A stretch of DNA of 64,000 nt. Origin: Octopus vulgaris (Eukaryota). The stretch spans positions 165,292,001 through 165,356,000 of the forward strand of contig OX597815.1 in assembly GCA_951406725.2 (NCBI GenBank), in the 5' to 3' direction. A model generated the notes under the pieces. That model saw only the letters and a program-made list of their open reading frames with translations. It was not told the DNA's origin and made no database searches. The translations under genes were made by a program, and so were the position numbers. Shown here one piece after another: positions 27,343 to 42,049 of the stretch (its first letter is position 1; each line of letters opens with the position of its first letter).

Positions 27343-28030
27343 TACAATGGTTGAACAAAATAACGAAAACACTCTCTTAGATCGAAAGGTTTTTTAAAAA
27401 ATTTAATACTAAGTTAATCTATCCTTAGTATCAACCACATCTTTAATACATCTAGGAGTTGACATGTAGAGGCTCTGAACGACTGTTAGGGGAATGTTGA
27501 GCTATTTATCAAGTAAAACTTGCTTCAGCTCTTTCACCAACGACAAAGGAGAAAAGTAGTTCCTCATTAGCTGCTCCAAAATGCACCATAAATGTTTGAT
27601 TATATTGAAATCAGTGACTGCGTGGGCCGATCCAAGAGATATACTTCCCTGTTGTTATGTTCATACTAACTTTTAATAACATAGGTCGTCTGCATCGGTG
27701 CATGATCGCCCTGGAACATTACGTTACCATGAATTGATAATGTAATACATGATGGACATGACTATCCAAAATACTCAGATAATCCTTGGCATTAACTTTG
27801 CCATGTCGAACAACTAAAGGGCCAAGAGAATCCTGTGATATGGTTACCAAAATCATCACTGAGAAACCTCTATGCTTCACGATAAGAGTCAAACAGCCAA
27901 GAATGAAGGCATCTATGGATTGTCTATAGGCATGAACTCGCTCGCAAAGTGGGGAAAAGGGTAAATGATGAATAATTAGAGATGACATTTATGATTTTTT
28001 TCTATTGAGCCATTCATTGACCACTTCTTA
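27343..28030 (-). mobile_element. Tc1-like transposase relic (probably continuing to ~29100, interrupted by SINEs)
   Basis: KH.G.SVM..GPLV...G.VNA..Y..IL and PQS.DFNII..LW motifs. TA followed by a caatggttgaacaaaataa terminus. Confidence 0.7.
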
Positions 28031-28034
28031 ATTC

Positions 28035-28450
28035 ATTATTGCCCACAAGGGGCTAAACATAGAAGGGACAAACAAGGACAGTCAAAGGGATTAAGTCGAT
28101 TACATCGACCCCAGTGCGTAACTGGTACTTAATTTATCGACCCCGAAGAGATGAAAGGATGAAAGGCAAAGTGGACCTCGGCGGAATTTGAACTCACAAC
28201 GTAACGGCAGACTAAATACATATTTCTTTACTACCCACAAGGGGCTAAACACAGAGAGGACAAACAAGGACAGACAAACGGATTAAGTCGATTATATCGA
28301 CCCCAGTGCATAACTGGTGCTTAATTTATCGACCCCGAAAGGATGAAAGGCAAAGTCGACCTCGGCGGAATTTGAACTCAGAACGTACGGCAGACGAAAT
28401 ACGGCTCTGCATTTCGCCCGGCGTGCTAACGTTTCTGCCAGCTCGCTGCT
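28035..28450 (-). mobile_element. Tandem dimer of young SINE family B
   Basis: Two ~185-bp units, cccacaaggggctaaac...gaactca.aacgta. Confidence 0.85.
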
Positions 28451-29334
28451 TTATTGACGACTTCTAGCTTATTGACCACTTCTAGCAGTCTACATCATTT
28501 TCCCGCACATATGGGATTGGGACAGGAGAGTTTAGCAATTTCAGCCCTTACATGGTATCTAGCTTTAGGGAGCACACAACAAATGGTTTTAGTTGACACA
28601 CGGTTGGCATGGAGGTGGCTTAACTCTGCCATCACTTTTTCTTTTTAGGCACAATGTGTTCCCCTAATTTTCAGTTCCTCTGAGCTTTGAAAAGTCGCGT
28701 GGCTTAGTGGTTAGGGTGTTGGATTCATGATCGTGAAGTTGTGGTTTCGATACCTGACTCAGGCGACGCGTTATGTTCTTGAGCAAAACATTTCATTTCA
28801 CATTGCTCCAGTCCACTCAGCTGACAAAAATGAGTATCCCTGCGACAGACCCGCGTTCCATTCAGGTGGAGAATTTATACGCCATCAAAGCGGGGAAACT
28901 GGCCCTTATGAGTCGGTATAACCCGAGAAAGAAAACTTTGCTTTACTTTATTCTGTGAGCTTTGCCCTCTGTCCAGAATCATACTTGCTAAAGCTAGCTT
29001 TACTCTGATTTTGTACTAACAGCATGAGCATAGGGACTATACGTCTCGAAACACTAAACAGTTCTGTAGTTTTAGTGGCTGAAGTTCAAGCCATCCGGCC
29101 TCCAACACTTTGTCTTCTCTGGAAATCAGATAGCTCACACATTTAACTTATTTCAATAGAGATATTAAAACAAAAAGAAAATCAGAGGGCTATATCACGA
29201 AGTGAAAGATGGTGTGTGTGTGTATGTATATATATATATGTGTATATATAAATATATGTAACAATGATAAATCTCAGAGCGAGCATCCACCCTTAGGGGT
29301 TAGCCATATTCAAATGGCAAATATACGTCATAAA

Positions 29335-29387
<53 letters not shown>

Positions 29388-29389
<2 letters not shown>

Positions 29390-29820
29390 TTAATCCAAAC
29401 GGGAAAACAGAAAAAACAACAACACGTGGAACAATTACAGTATTATTATTATTATTAGGCGCTCAGGAAAATGGAAGAAGGAGGGTATGACGTTTCGAGC
29501 GGAGCTCTTCGTCGGAAACATAAGAGAAAGAAAGAAAGATCCCGAGACGGGAGGACAGAGGAAAAAAAAATTGCAGGTCGTCTTCACAAGGTCACATACT
29601 GAAAAGACGGAAGTAGTAAAAAAGGAGGAAAATGTTTTTTAAAAACAGGAGAGCTGAATCAATGAGGGAATGGTAAAAAAGGTGTTGCGAGATGACGGTG
29701 TGTGTGTGTGAGTGTGCGTGTGTGTGTATGTGTGTGTATGGTGGACAATGGCTAGTAGCAAGCAGTAGTAGAATTAAAGGAGTGGTGTGGGGGTACCCTA
29801 GCAAGTCAGAAAGGCAGATC
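29388..29820 (-). mobile_element. Penelope-like 3' region with degenerate minimal hammerhead (same family as ~23900-24100)
   Basis: Minus strand gttt-CcGACGA-a-gagc(tcc)gctc-GAAA-cg-TC at about 29487-29520. Ends tttggattaac(TA)n. Confidence 0.65.
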
Positions 29821-30064
29821 AGAAGCAGATGTATGTATAATATATGTGTATATGTGTGTGTATGTGTGTGCATGTGTGCGTGTATGTGGAATTTTTATTT
29901 TACAACTCCATTAACTAGCAATCATCTTAATATTGAGTCGGCTTCCATCTGTCCCTCTCTTTATTCTTCCTTTCCTTCTATCTTTCTTTCTTTCTTTCTC
30001 TCTTTCTTTCTTTCTCTCCCTCCTCTTCCCTACCTCTCTTTCTGTATATATATATCAGAAACTG

Positions 30065-30107
<43 letters not shown>

Positions 30108-30794
30108 TATGTATGTATACAAGTATAAACATGTATATGTACACGTCTTTGCACGCGCACACACAGATCAGATAAAGACGCTAACACATCAGTATATATG
30201 TGCATGTGTGTGTGTGTATGCATGCGTGAGTGTACGTGCGTATGCGTATGTGCGTATGTGTGTATGTATTGTGTGTGTGTGTGTGTGTGTGTTGTGTGTG
30301 TATGCGTGTGTGTGTGTGTGTGTGTGTACATGCGTTCAAGAAACAATAATGGAATAACTGCTTTGCTGCCCATGTCATTCTGATATCTAATATGGTTAAT
30401 ACTTTATCAAAAATAAGAATATCACACACTGAGTGTGTCACAACACAGTGATATATGAGATATACCACGTCAGAAGAGATAGAGTAGATATAATGCTATA
30501 TTTCCGGACCGTGAGTTCGTGTCTCGCTGAAATAATTACAGTGTGTCTTGTGAATGAAATAATGAGATGATGTTACTTTGAGCATCATTACTATTTATGA
30601 AATTGTTATATGAAATCCATACACCTTCATCATAAATTACGTCAGATTATTTTACATTCATTCTAATGAGTTTTTCTGTACTACAACGAGACACCGTAAG
30701 AGGTAAAATAATGAAAGTTCAGTGATTTTCTATCCAGAAAAAAACTGAAAATATTGATGATGCTTACATGCATGAGGGATACACACACACACAC

Positions 30795-30845
<51 letters not shown>

Positions 30846-30847
<2 letters not shown>

Positions 30848-31545
30848 GGGTGTTCAATTTAAAAGTTGACTTAATTGTATTTATTAATAGTTATAAAGAA
30901 CGTGCAATATTATGGACAAACCTACTTTTATTAAAATGCTCATTTAAAAGTTACAACGTTAAACTGGTTACAAAAGATGTTGAAATTGTTGGCCGCCACG
31001 TTGCAGACATAAGTCAACACGACGATCAAAATTTCACGTGTGATATTTTGGACTATATCAGTAATATCCGTTCACATTTCATCAAGTGTATGCGGATTCT
31101 TTGCAAACACAGCGTCCTTGATATAGCCGAATAAAAAGAAATCGAGAGGCGTTAAGTCTGGCGATATGGGTGGCCAGAGGCCTTTCGTGATCAACCTGTG
31201 TTCAAAAGTTTGTCGTAAGTGAAACAAAGTGTGGTTGGTAACATGACATGTTGCTGAGTCCTGTTGAAGCTATGCGTTACTTTTTCATTCTCAGTTAGCT
31301 GCTCAACACACTGAACAATTATCTCACAATAACGTTCTGAATTCAAGGTCTTTTGGGGAAAAAATTCGGTCCTACTATTCTTCGCCTGATGATAGCCATC
31401 CATACACAAATCTTCACTGCATGTGAGGGTGATTCGACAAACTTATGAGGATTGAGAGCACTCCAGATGCGAGTGTTTTGCGAATTTAGGTATCCCGAGA
31501 GGCGAATCCAAGCCTCATCACTAAGAATTCATGTCAAGCTGGTTT
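30846..31545 (-). mobile_element. Tc1/mariner-superfamily transposase relic
   Basis: WPPISPDLTPLDFF and FQQD motifs, with a cagggtgttc terminus. Confidence 0.75.
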
Positions 31546-31567
31546 TCATCCATATACTCATACATAG

Positions 31568-31662
<95 letters not shown>

Positions 31663-31666
31663 TACA

Positions 31667-31858
<192 letters not shown>

Positions 31859-31922
31859 GGAGTAAACACATAAATGTGAAACAATGTGGAAAAGAGTACT
31901 CAAATACCAGGTGTAGAGTAAT

Positions 31923-32047
31923 ATGCTTTATTTAAAAGCAGCAGAAATTCAACAAAACCTGAGTTTCACGTTCCCGTTGACAAAACGGGAACGCGAAACT
32001 CCGAGTAACAGGTTTTGTTGAATTTCTGCTGCTTTTAAATAAAGTAT
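31923..32047. repeat. Fold-back inverted repeat centred on a hammerhead remnant
   Basis: 39-bp outer arms and 18-bp inner arms. The right arm reads ..aacgggaacgc-GAAA-ctccgag-TA-acagg. Confidence 0.85.
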
Positions 32048-32086
32048 CTATGTATATATATATATATACATACACACACACACACA

Positions 32087-32192
32087 CGAGGGGTGTATGA
32101 AAAGTTTTGTGCCTTGAAGTCTTGTACCTCCATCAGAAGACTTGTACCATGTTTTGTTTTTTTGTGGTACTCAAGACTTTTCATACACCCTT
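32087..32192. mobile_element. ~105-bp mariner-type MITE
   Basis: cgaggggtgtatgaaaagtttt ... agacttttcatacacccttg TIRs, followed by TA. Confidence 0.7.
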
Positions 32193-32514
32193 GTATCTCA
32201 CCAAACTCTCTCCAACACATGCGCGCGCGCCCAGACACATATTCTGACACACACGTATTATAATTAAAGTCTATTGACCTACTTAATAAGTTATTTCTAT
32301 TATCCATTAGTACAAGTGGACTATGAGGATAGGCTTTGTGTTTTAGAAAATGAGGATGGGCAAACTCATATTAAAAAAAAGAATAGAATATGTTTTCAAA
32401 TTTCTATAATTTATCCAATATTACGGAGACAGGATATAGAAGCTAACAACTTTTGATTTTTAATTATCTTCATCTCCCTACTCATTCACTTGATCACTAA
32501 TACTCTGACAGTAT

Positions 32515-32722
32515 ACTCTTTTTACTCTTTTACTTGTTTCAGTCATTTGACTGCGGCCATGCTGGAGCACAGCCGTTAGTCGAGCAAATCGACCCCGGGA
32601 CTTATTCTTTGTAAGCCCAGTACTTATTCTATCGGTCTCTTTTGCCGAACCGCTAAGTGACAGGGACGTAAACACACCAGCATCCGTTGTCAAGCAATGC
32701 TAGGGAGACAAACACAGACACA

Positions 32723-32779
<57 letters not shown>

Positions 32780-32960
32780 GTATACATATATATACATATA
32801 TACGACAGGCTTCTTTCAGTTTCCGTCAACCAAATCCACTCACAAGGCATTGGTCGGCCCGGGGCTATAGCAGAAGACACTTGCCCAAGATGCCACGCAG
32901 TGGGACTGAACCCAGAACCATGTGGTTGGTTATCAAGCTACTTACCACACAGCCACTCCT
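32515..32960 (-). mobile_element. SINE family A, near full length
   Basis: Matches other family A copies. The internal repeat is expanded as (CA)n. Confidence 0.92.
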
Positions 32961-33491
32961 TTAAATCCAGAATAACTGTTTTTTAAAAATTCTCTATGTT
33001 ATTATTTCTGTTGGTAATGCAGAGAGCTGGAAGAATCGTCAACACAACGGGCAAAATGCTTACCGGCATTTCATCTGCTTCTTTACGTTTTGAGTTCAAC
33101 TGCTGCTGAGGTCAATTAGCTTTTATCGTTTCGAGATCGATACAGTAAAGTACCAGTTGAGCATAGGGTTCGATGAATTTGACTTCCTCTGCTCTCAAGA
33201 TTACAGGCCTTGTGTCAAAATTAGAGAGTTATCATTTCTCTCAATAACGTGTAATCTGTTATATAATATTTTTAATAAAGCGGGCTGAAGGAAAATGCGG
33301 GATACAGTTATTGTTCTAAAGAGCGGTACAACGTCAATAAATTTACATCTCTGTGCTTGGCAGCTTTATGATTGAAGTGTTTCGTTGTAGCGATTGTTGA
33401 CAACTTCTTAATCGATTTAGGTATATTAAATACCAACGTATGCAGATAGGCTGTCGTGCGCACGAACATACAAACACATGTAAACCAATAA

Positions 33492-33529
<38 letters not shown>

Positions 33530-33659
33530 CCTATAAATGAATTATATTGAGTTACTAGATGTTCCATAAGGAACAATCGAGCTATACACGTTTTGCATTT
33601 TCGGTTTTGACCATAGACAAGTTTCTAATTTTCTTCGCAATATACAGAGAACATATATC

Positions 33660-34194
33660 TATTATTACATAAAAAAAAAGGTGGTGAGCTGGCAGAATTG
33701 TTAGCATGCTGAGCAAACTTCTTAGCAGTATTTCGTTCGTCTCTGCTTTCTGAGTTCAAATTCCGCCGAGTTTGACTTTGCCTTTCATCCTTTCGAGTTC
33801 GATAAAATAAGTACTAGTTGCACACTGGAGCCGATGTAACCGACTTAACACCTCCCTGCGAAATTACTGGTCTGGTGCCGAAATTTGAAATCAATATTAT
33901 TACATAAAAAATATGCGGCGAGCTGGCAGAATCGTTAGCACACCGGGCAAGCTGCTAAGCAGTATTTTGTCCGTTTCTACCTTCTGAGTTCAAATTCCGC
34001 CAAGTTTGACTTTGACTTTCATCCCTTTCTGGGTTGATAAAACAAATACCAGTTGAGCACTGGAGTCGATTTAATCGACTTGGATCCCTCCTCTGAACTT
34101 AACCGCCTTGTGCCAAAATTTGAAACCAATATTATTGCATTAAAAAAATTTGAGTGATAAATTGGCAGAATCGTTTGAGCGTCTGATAACATTC

Positions 34195-34239
<45 letters not shown>

Positions 34240-34590
34240 CGAACCTTTACGTCCTGAGTTCAAAATCTCCAGTGTAGATTTCGTCGTTTATGCCTCCTTG
34301 TCGAAAAAATAAAGTACCAGTCAAGTACTGGATTACTCTTTTCTCAAAATTCCTGCCCTTCTGCCTATGTTAGACAATATTACTGTAAAACCAGAATGAT
34401 GGTTGGTAAAACCGGTAGCTTGGTGGGGAAGATATTATTGCGGTGTTTCATGAAAGTTCTTTATGTTCTGACTTGAAATTCCAGCGGAGTCGATGAAATA
34501 AATCAAGTACTGGAGTCGATATAATGACTACACGTCTCCTGGAAAATCTGTGACCTTGTACACATTTCATAAATCAATATTATTTAAAAT
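33660..34590 (+). repeat. Head-to-tail array of ~4 diverged family B SINEs
   Basis: ~235-bp period with a shared spacer (attattacataaaaaa) before each gagctggcagaat head. Confidence 0.75.
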
Positions 34591-36621
34591 TAAATGGTTG
34601 AATCCTAGTTTTTCAGCCTGTCATTTATTCCACCCATCCATAAATGTTTCAATTAATAACAAATGGCTTCTGTTTTCCTATGAATCACAAAATACGGTTA
34701 CATTTAAAGGATTTTATCTGTTCCACGTTAAACGACTGATATCATCAGACAAATAATGTTCATAATGTTCATTTGCATACGCTAATTTTGTAAAACATAT
34801 TCCAAAATAAAAAGATGATAATAAAATTAGGCCAATTCTGATGAAAATTTAGACGGGTATTACCTGAAATTTTTAATAGCCGATATCCATTTAGAATAAT
34901 TCATACTTCATACAAACTATTAATGCCTGATAATGACTGAGATAAAGAGAAGTGTGTTAAACAAGGGATTTTGAGAGCAATGAATATTTTTCTCGCAATC
35001 CTACCAACACATTCATTTCCAGGGTTAGGAAAGTTAGGAATATTGATGAGGAATGAAAAGGCATTGGTGGTAACTATTGATTGAAGCTAATTTGAGTAAG
35101 ATCAGTCATCTCGAAATTTTGTGTCCAGTCTCAATCTAAAAAAAAAAGCGTCCTTGCATGGTAGGGGAAACGTTACAGATTTTTAGCTCAACTTTCAGTT
35201 GATGAAGTTGTTCAGAGTGTAGTTCTAAGAGTTTGCGGATCAGTGTGTCCAATAGATTGCTATCGTAGTTCATCAGAGATTTTTTTTTCCCGTGGGTATA
35301 TTCGAATGTATAAGTTGTGCACTTATAGTGGGAACTTAGAGGAAAATTGGTTGGGAAACAGTAGGCTGTACCGTTCTGCCCATTGGATAATATAGTCTTT
35401 CATATACAAAACACTTGATGATCACGGACTATTTCCCTTTGATTATAGGTATACTCGACCAGAGTTTACCTGGTAGATAAACAACAGTGAGAAATAAATA
35501 AAATATGAAATAGAAAAGAAAAGGACACCGAGAACAATAACAAAAAATTCCAAAAGTAACAACAACAATATATCGACACGCTTCTCTATTTTATGGCACA
35601 ACACACAAGGATTTTTTGAAGAAAAAAAAATTATATACTCTGTGCTAAGGAATCGAACATGAAAGCGATTTCTATATGAAATCATGCACTCGGATCGCCA
35701 AGAGTTTAGCTTGCATTTTAAGGTCTTCCTATAAAGATAAAAAACAAAACGAAAACAAAAAGCAACAGAAAACAAATTGCTCGCAAAAACAAAACTGGCA
35801 TATAGGATGAAATGAAAATGAAACACCAATAATTGCCAACACACTGTAACGAAATTTTGAAGTAAAAGTTTACCACTGTAAACTCTCCTTTTTTTTCTTT
35901 TTATTTTAATAATATCAAAGGATATTGTTACGTTTAGGAATAATGTTCAATGTATCATTAGAGATAGAAACCGATCAATCGTTTTAATACAAAATGGTGA
36001 AGAATCTCACCGAAGATTAATAACTCTGTGGCGGATGTATAATTCTTTATTGCAGTAGAAAAATGCATGGAAGTATTTTCGTTTACGTAATAGCAATATA
36101 GATAATGGATAGTGGTAGAAGTATAATAAATAATTTAGTGGATAGCAAGCAGGAGGTGTTCGTGAAGGAAGGTTCTCTGATATTCTGCGATAGGAAAATC
36201 AAATATGCGGTGATCGCATACATGGTTCATAAAGTTATATATAAGTGTGTGTGTGTGTGCATGCGTATATATATGTGTATGCATGTATGTATGTATATAA
36301 ATACATTCCATATATATGCATATGTATATGTATGTACATATATACATATATGTGCGTACGTATATAGATATGTGCAGGTGTGTGTATGTATATGAGTGGG
36401 TGTACATATACATACATGGTTACATGCATACATATATGTACGTTTATACATGTTTAAATACATACATAGGTATACAAATAGAAAAATATATATGTATACA
36501 TACACGTTTAGATATATATAAATATATACGTATATGTATGATTATATGTAGATACATGTAAAAATATGTATGTATATACAATATACACACAAGCATATAT
36601 ATATGTGCGTGTGTGTGTATG

Positions 36622-36721
<100 letters not shown>

Positions 36722-37261
36722 CACATATGTACATATTTATATGCGTGTTTGTGCTTTGTGTGTGTTTGTTTATAAACGTTTGTGTGTGCGCGTCTATAAA
36801 TGTTAGACAAGCTTCTATTTTATTCTCGAGATAATGGACGATATAGCCAAATTAAGCTAATTTAATTGATTACATTGAAGCAAAAACTTACATTGAATGC
36901 CAGTAATTAAAATAATTTTGCTCCTTTTCTATCAATTACAATTTTTCCTCATTATATAGAAACATGGTATAAACAAATACATTGATAAGCATACTATGTT
37001 GATCATGTGTAATACAAAAAACAGTAGCTCGACCAGGCAGCACAGAAGGCTGCCTTTTCATCTTGTTTTTGTTTGTATATATATATATATCAAGGGGTGA
37101 AGAGAAAAATTTAACGAAAACATAACAATAGAAAACATGATATACAAAATTTCGCAGCTGATTCTTCCTTAGTCAATGCCCGATATATATATATATATAT
37201 ATGTGTATGTATATATATATGTATATATATATATGTATATATATATACACATACATACTTG

Positions 37262-37415
<154 letters not shown>

Positions 37416-37419
37416 TATG

Positions 37420-38347
37420 TCAGGCTGGGTGAAAAGTAAGCAACGTTTTGAATCAAGGATAAAATTTGTATCTTTTTGCAGAGTTTTGAATTTTTTAAAA
37501 CATTTAAAAAAAAATTGTCTGATAATATAGACATAGACTTGCCCAAATGCATCAATAAATGAACATTGATGTTTTTTTCACCGTCGTTGCAATCATCTGT
37601 AATGGAACTATCAAAGCGCGATACTCGAGCAATTTTGCTAAGGACATAAAATAGCTGAAACTGCTCGCGATATCAACAAAACGTTTGGTGAGGAAATGAC
37701 CAGTGAGCGGTCAGCTAGAAAAGGGTTTAAACGATTTCGCAGTGAGGACATGAGTCTTGTAGACCATGAGCATAGTGGACGCCCATCTGTCATCGATGAC
37801 TGTCAATTAAAGACCGTCATTGAGAAAGATCCACGTAAAACCTGGTAAAAGTACGTTAAGTTAGCAAAAAATCTGCCTGCAATCATTTGCGTGAGATTGG
37901 AAAATAAAAATGCTCGACAAATTGGTCCCACGCGATTTGAATGAAAATCAGAAAATGCACAGATATGAAATTTGCTCGTCGCTTCTCGACCACCCTTTTC
38001 CCGAATGACGCTCCAGAGGTTGAGGGAACTTGGTTACAAAATTCTTCCCCACCCAACATATCACCCTGACCTTTCTCCTACCGACTATCACTTTTTAAAA
38101 GCATCTTGATGGTTTCCTGCTAGAGAATGAGTTCAAAAATCAAACCGATGCTGAAAGTGCGTTCAAAGAGTTCATCAGCTCAAGAACTCCCACTTTTACG
38201 CTACCGGAATAAACCAACTTGTAACTCGTTGGCAAAAATGCGTTGATTGTAATGGTACTTACTATGAAGAATAAAATTTTTGCATTGTTGAAATTTATCG
38301 TGATGAATTTCATGTTTCAAAATGTTGCTTACTTTTTACTCGCCCTG

Positions 38348-38348
<1 letters not shown>
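37420..38348 (+). mobile_element. Mariner element, internally deleted, both TIRs present
   Basis: TIRs tcaggctgggtgaaaagtaagcaacgttttgaa / ttcaaaatgttgcttactttttactcgccctga. WVPRDL and YHPDLSPTDYHFF motifs. Confidence 0.88.
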
Positions 38349-38396
<48 letters not shown>

Positions 38397-38661
38397 CATA
38401 CTGTGTTTTCTAAAATGAAGGCAAGCACCTTACTCTATGTGGCCGGCTTGATAAATTGTTAAGGCAATATGATATTTTCCTACTTTTCTTAAGATGACAA
38501 CAATGGTAGTTTTAATTCACAAATAACGAATTTTATGTCCTCCAATGTAGTGTTGAGCACTCATTTTCATCGTTCGACATTTACGTATATATATATATAT
38601 ATATATATACAAATCCCAAAAATGCTTAGCGGTATTTAGTCAGTTTCTACATCCTGTATTC

Positions 38662-39282
38662 AAATTCCGGTGAGGTCGACTTTGCCTTTTATCTTTTCGG
38701 GCTCGATAAAATAAATACCAATTGAGAACTAGGATGGATGTAATCGGTTATCCTCCCTGCCCCGAATTTGTTGACCGTGAGCCAAAATTTGAGACCATTA
38801 TTACAAGCTATAAAGTGGCGAGCAGGCAGAATAGTTAGCAAGCCGCCTGAGGAAACACATCTGCATATACGAAGCACCACGACTGTTTGTAGAGCATCTT
38901 ACTTACGAAGCACCGGTGAACGATGGGTCGAAACGATCGTAGTGAATAAAGCGTCTCGTGAATTTCATTTTCTTCCTCATATTTTTATAAACTCTACAGA
39001 CATAAAGGAATTCCTGAAGTAAATCCAGTGGCATATACCTCCATGCTGTTGTTAACATCAGGTAGAAACACATCGTATATGCAGATATGTTTCCTCAGGT
39101 GACTTGCTAACTATTCTGCCTACTCGCCACTTTATAGCTTGTAATAATGGTCTCAAATTTTGGCTCAAGACCAACAAATTCGGGGCAGGGAGATAACCGA
39201 TTACATCCATGTCAGTTCTCAAATGGTATTTATTTTATCGAGTCTGAAAAGATAAAAGGCTAAGTCGACCTCAGCGGAATTT
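38662..39282. repeat. ~210-bp inverted duplication around a ~200-bp spacer
   Basis: 38662-38872 is the reverse complement of about 39073-39282, including a SINE/SINE junction and non-SINE sequence (ctgaggaaacacatctgcatatacga). Confidence 0.85.
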
Positions 39283-40175
39283 GAGCTCAAAACGTAAGGA
39301 GTAATGAAATACCAGTAAGCTATTTTACTTGGTGTGCTAACAGTTTCTGTCAGCTCACCGCCATCGCTCAATGTTTCAAATTTCGGCACAAGGTCAGCAA
39401 TTTCGGTGGTTCGATTACATCGACCCCCAAAAGATGAAAGGTAATGTCGACACCGGCAAAATTGGAGCTCAGAACATAAGGACGGACGAAACGCCGCTAA
39501 GCATTTTGTCTGGTGTGCTAACGATTCTGCCTGCTTACCGCCTTGTCGCTAGAAGTAATACTGAATTTAGTTAAGCGTTTCATCTCAAACGTTTAGACAC
39601 CAATTGCGAATGCTGGACTAACTTGTATTGGGTGCAAGATGTCTCTTACGGTGTGAACCTCCATTTAGGGAATTTGAAGAAAATGCCGAAGAAGAAATAG
39701 ATACAAGGTTATGTTTACGAGTTTATTGGTGCCATAGTCATGGGCATAATGTCTCAACGATAACAGTATACGTATCAGCGATCCTTGCACAAATATATTG
39801 ATATGATCAAATATGTACGCTGTCACTTAAACGAAAGACTTCTATTTTATAAATTAATGTTCATGCATATTTTACTATGTTCAGTTGGGTTTGAGACGTC
39901 ATAAAGATTGTAACCGACAAAATTATTGCAACCTTCAGAAATATGTTACCGAGTTTTATGAAATTTTCCCAGAATATTTTATACATAATCAAGAAGTTCG
40001 CTTCCCAGCCGAGTGTTTGTGGGTTCGGTCACACAGATTGGCATCTTGGGCATATATCTTCTGCATGCCCAAAATTCTATTCCATGGTTGAAATGAGCAA
40101 GTTAATTTCAACCATGAATTTGCTTTTCGAAAGATTTATTTCTAGTTCTTACGAGCATACACCTGGGATCATATA

Positions 40176-41394
40176 CAGGGTGTCCCAGAATTAAGGCAAC
40201 CAACTTTTTTCAACTTTGCCAAAGCAAAATATTGTTACATTTCGGGTCCGAGTTTTGCAATGTAATGATAAAGGAAACACAGTTATGACATTACCACATT
40301 TATTCCATATGACCATCTCTGTTTCGAATCACAGCCTTAAGGTGCGAATATTTCACACGCGGCACGCAGCTGTTTTTGCAGAATCGAAGCCCATCCCTGA
40401 CTCAGTTTTACCTTTAGAGAGTCGAGTGAAGCATGAGGAGTGCTCGAGACCCTCGTCTCCAAAATGGACCAAACAGAAAAATCCAACGAGTTGAGATCCA
40501 GTATTCTTGAGGGCCATAGTCCTTAAACGAAGGAATGTTATTCTGAATCCAGTAAAGTATCTGTTTGGAGCTGTGGGATGGTGCTGAGTCCTGTTGGGGG
40601 ATCCAAAGTGTGCCTTGAAAGTGCTCATTCGCCCATGGAAGCGGTTCAGCATCCAGAAGGTCGCTAATGTATCGTTGGGTGTTAATTTTAACATCTGAGG
40701 GCAGAAAAACGAGGGGAGACCTTCCAGTGGCTGTCACAGCCACCCAAACCATAACAGATTGAGGATTTTGACGTCGATTTACAACTGCCCTCGACGGAGC
40801 CAGATACACACCAAAGTCGGTCATTCTGGTGGTTTACTGTCCGTTCGATGTCAAATTTCTTTTCATCAGTGAATACCAGTTTGAGAAGCGTACCTTCAGC
40901 AATCTGACGCTGGATAAGACGATTTCTTTCCAGTCTTATGCTCTTATAAACTTGCAGATCATCTTGTAGGAGTGGATTCTAAAGTCCTCCTCAGCACTTG
41001 ATACATCGATGTTCGGCTTATTTTTGCTGTGACAGCCAGTTTTCTGACGGAACGACGAGAATTTCGACGTATCTTTTCTCTGACACTTTTGATAAGCTGA
41101 GGGCCCGCACACTTCTTTTTCGGTCACGTCTAGGTCGATCGGCGATGGAACTAGTCATTTGAAATTTCGGTTAATCTTAAGCGTTTTTGTTATAGTTGCA
41201 TTGCTTTCTCCTCTTTTGTGGAGGAATATGATTGTCTTTCGGTCTATAGTCATCATATAATCTGAATTTATCTAGTCTGAAACAAAGAAGACACACTAAG
41301 CTTTTATAATGATGTATAATTTTCATATCTTATCACATTTATTGATAGTTATTAAAGCCCGAAACTTCGGTTGCCTTAATTTCGGGACACCCTG
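40176..41394 (-). mobile_element. Near full-length Tc1/mariner (maT-like) element, frameshifted
   Basis: TIRs cagggtgtcccagaattaaggcaacc / ggttgccttaatttcgggacaccctg. FTDEK, SVMVW..V...G.SPLVF, QQDSAPSH and DLNSLDF motifs. Confidence 0.9.
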
Positions 41395-42049
41395 CATACT
41401 CTATAACTGAAATGTGAAACGTAATTGGTTTCAAATTTTGGCACAAGCCCAGCAGCTTCGGGGAGGGGGTACGTCGATTAAACCGACCCTAGTGCTCACC
41501 TGGTACTTATTTTATCGAGCCCTGAAAAGACGGAAGTTGAACCCAGAATTTAAAGACGAACGAAATGCCGCTAAGCATTTTTCCAGAGTGTTTATGATTC
41601 TGCCAGTTGGTTGCTTTAATGTAATACGTAATTAACAGTTTCTTCACTTATATCGCCAGGTGTAGGGCGGCAAGTAGGCGGAAAGGTTATCGTATGGGAC
41701 AAAACAAATTGCTAGAAGTATTTCTTCCAACTCATTACATTCTGATTTCAAATTCTGTTGAGGTCGCCTTTCCTTTTCATCCTTTCAGTGTCACTAAAAT
41801 AAGTACCAGTAGAGTACTGGAGTCGATGTATTCGACTTTCCACAACCCTCAAAATGTTGTCCTTGTGCCGAACTTGAAAACACTATCATCTCCTAGTATA
41901 ATATAATTAGAATGTAGTAACAAGGGTCTTTGTGGCTGGCCTTTATTTACAATATTTGTGCGCTCCTGATGAGAAATTATTTTTAAAACTAACATTTATG
42001 AAATGATTATTTTCCTATAACACTAACTATAATTTCATACCTCACCGCT

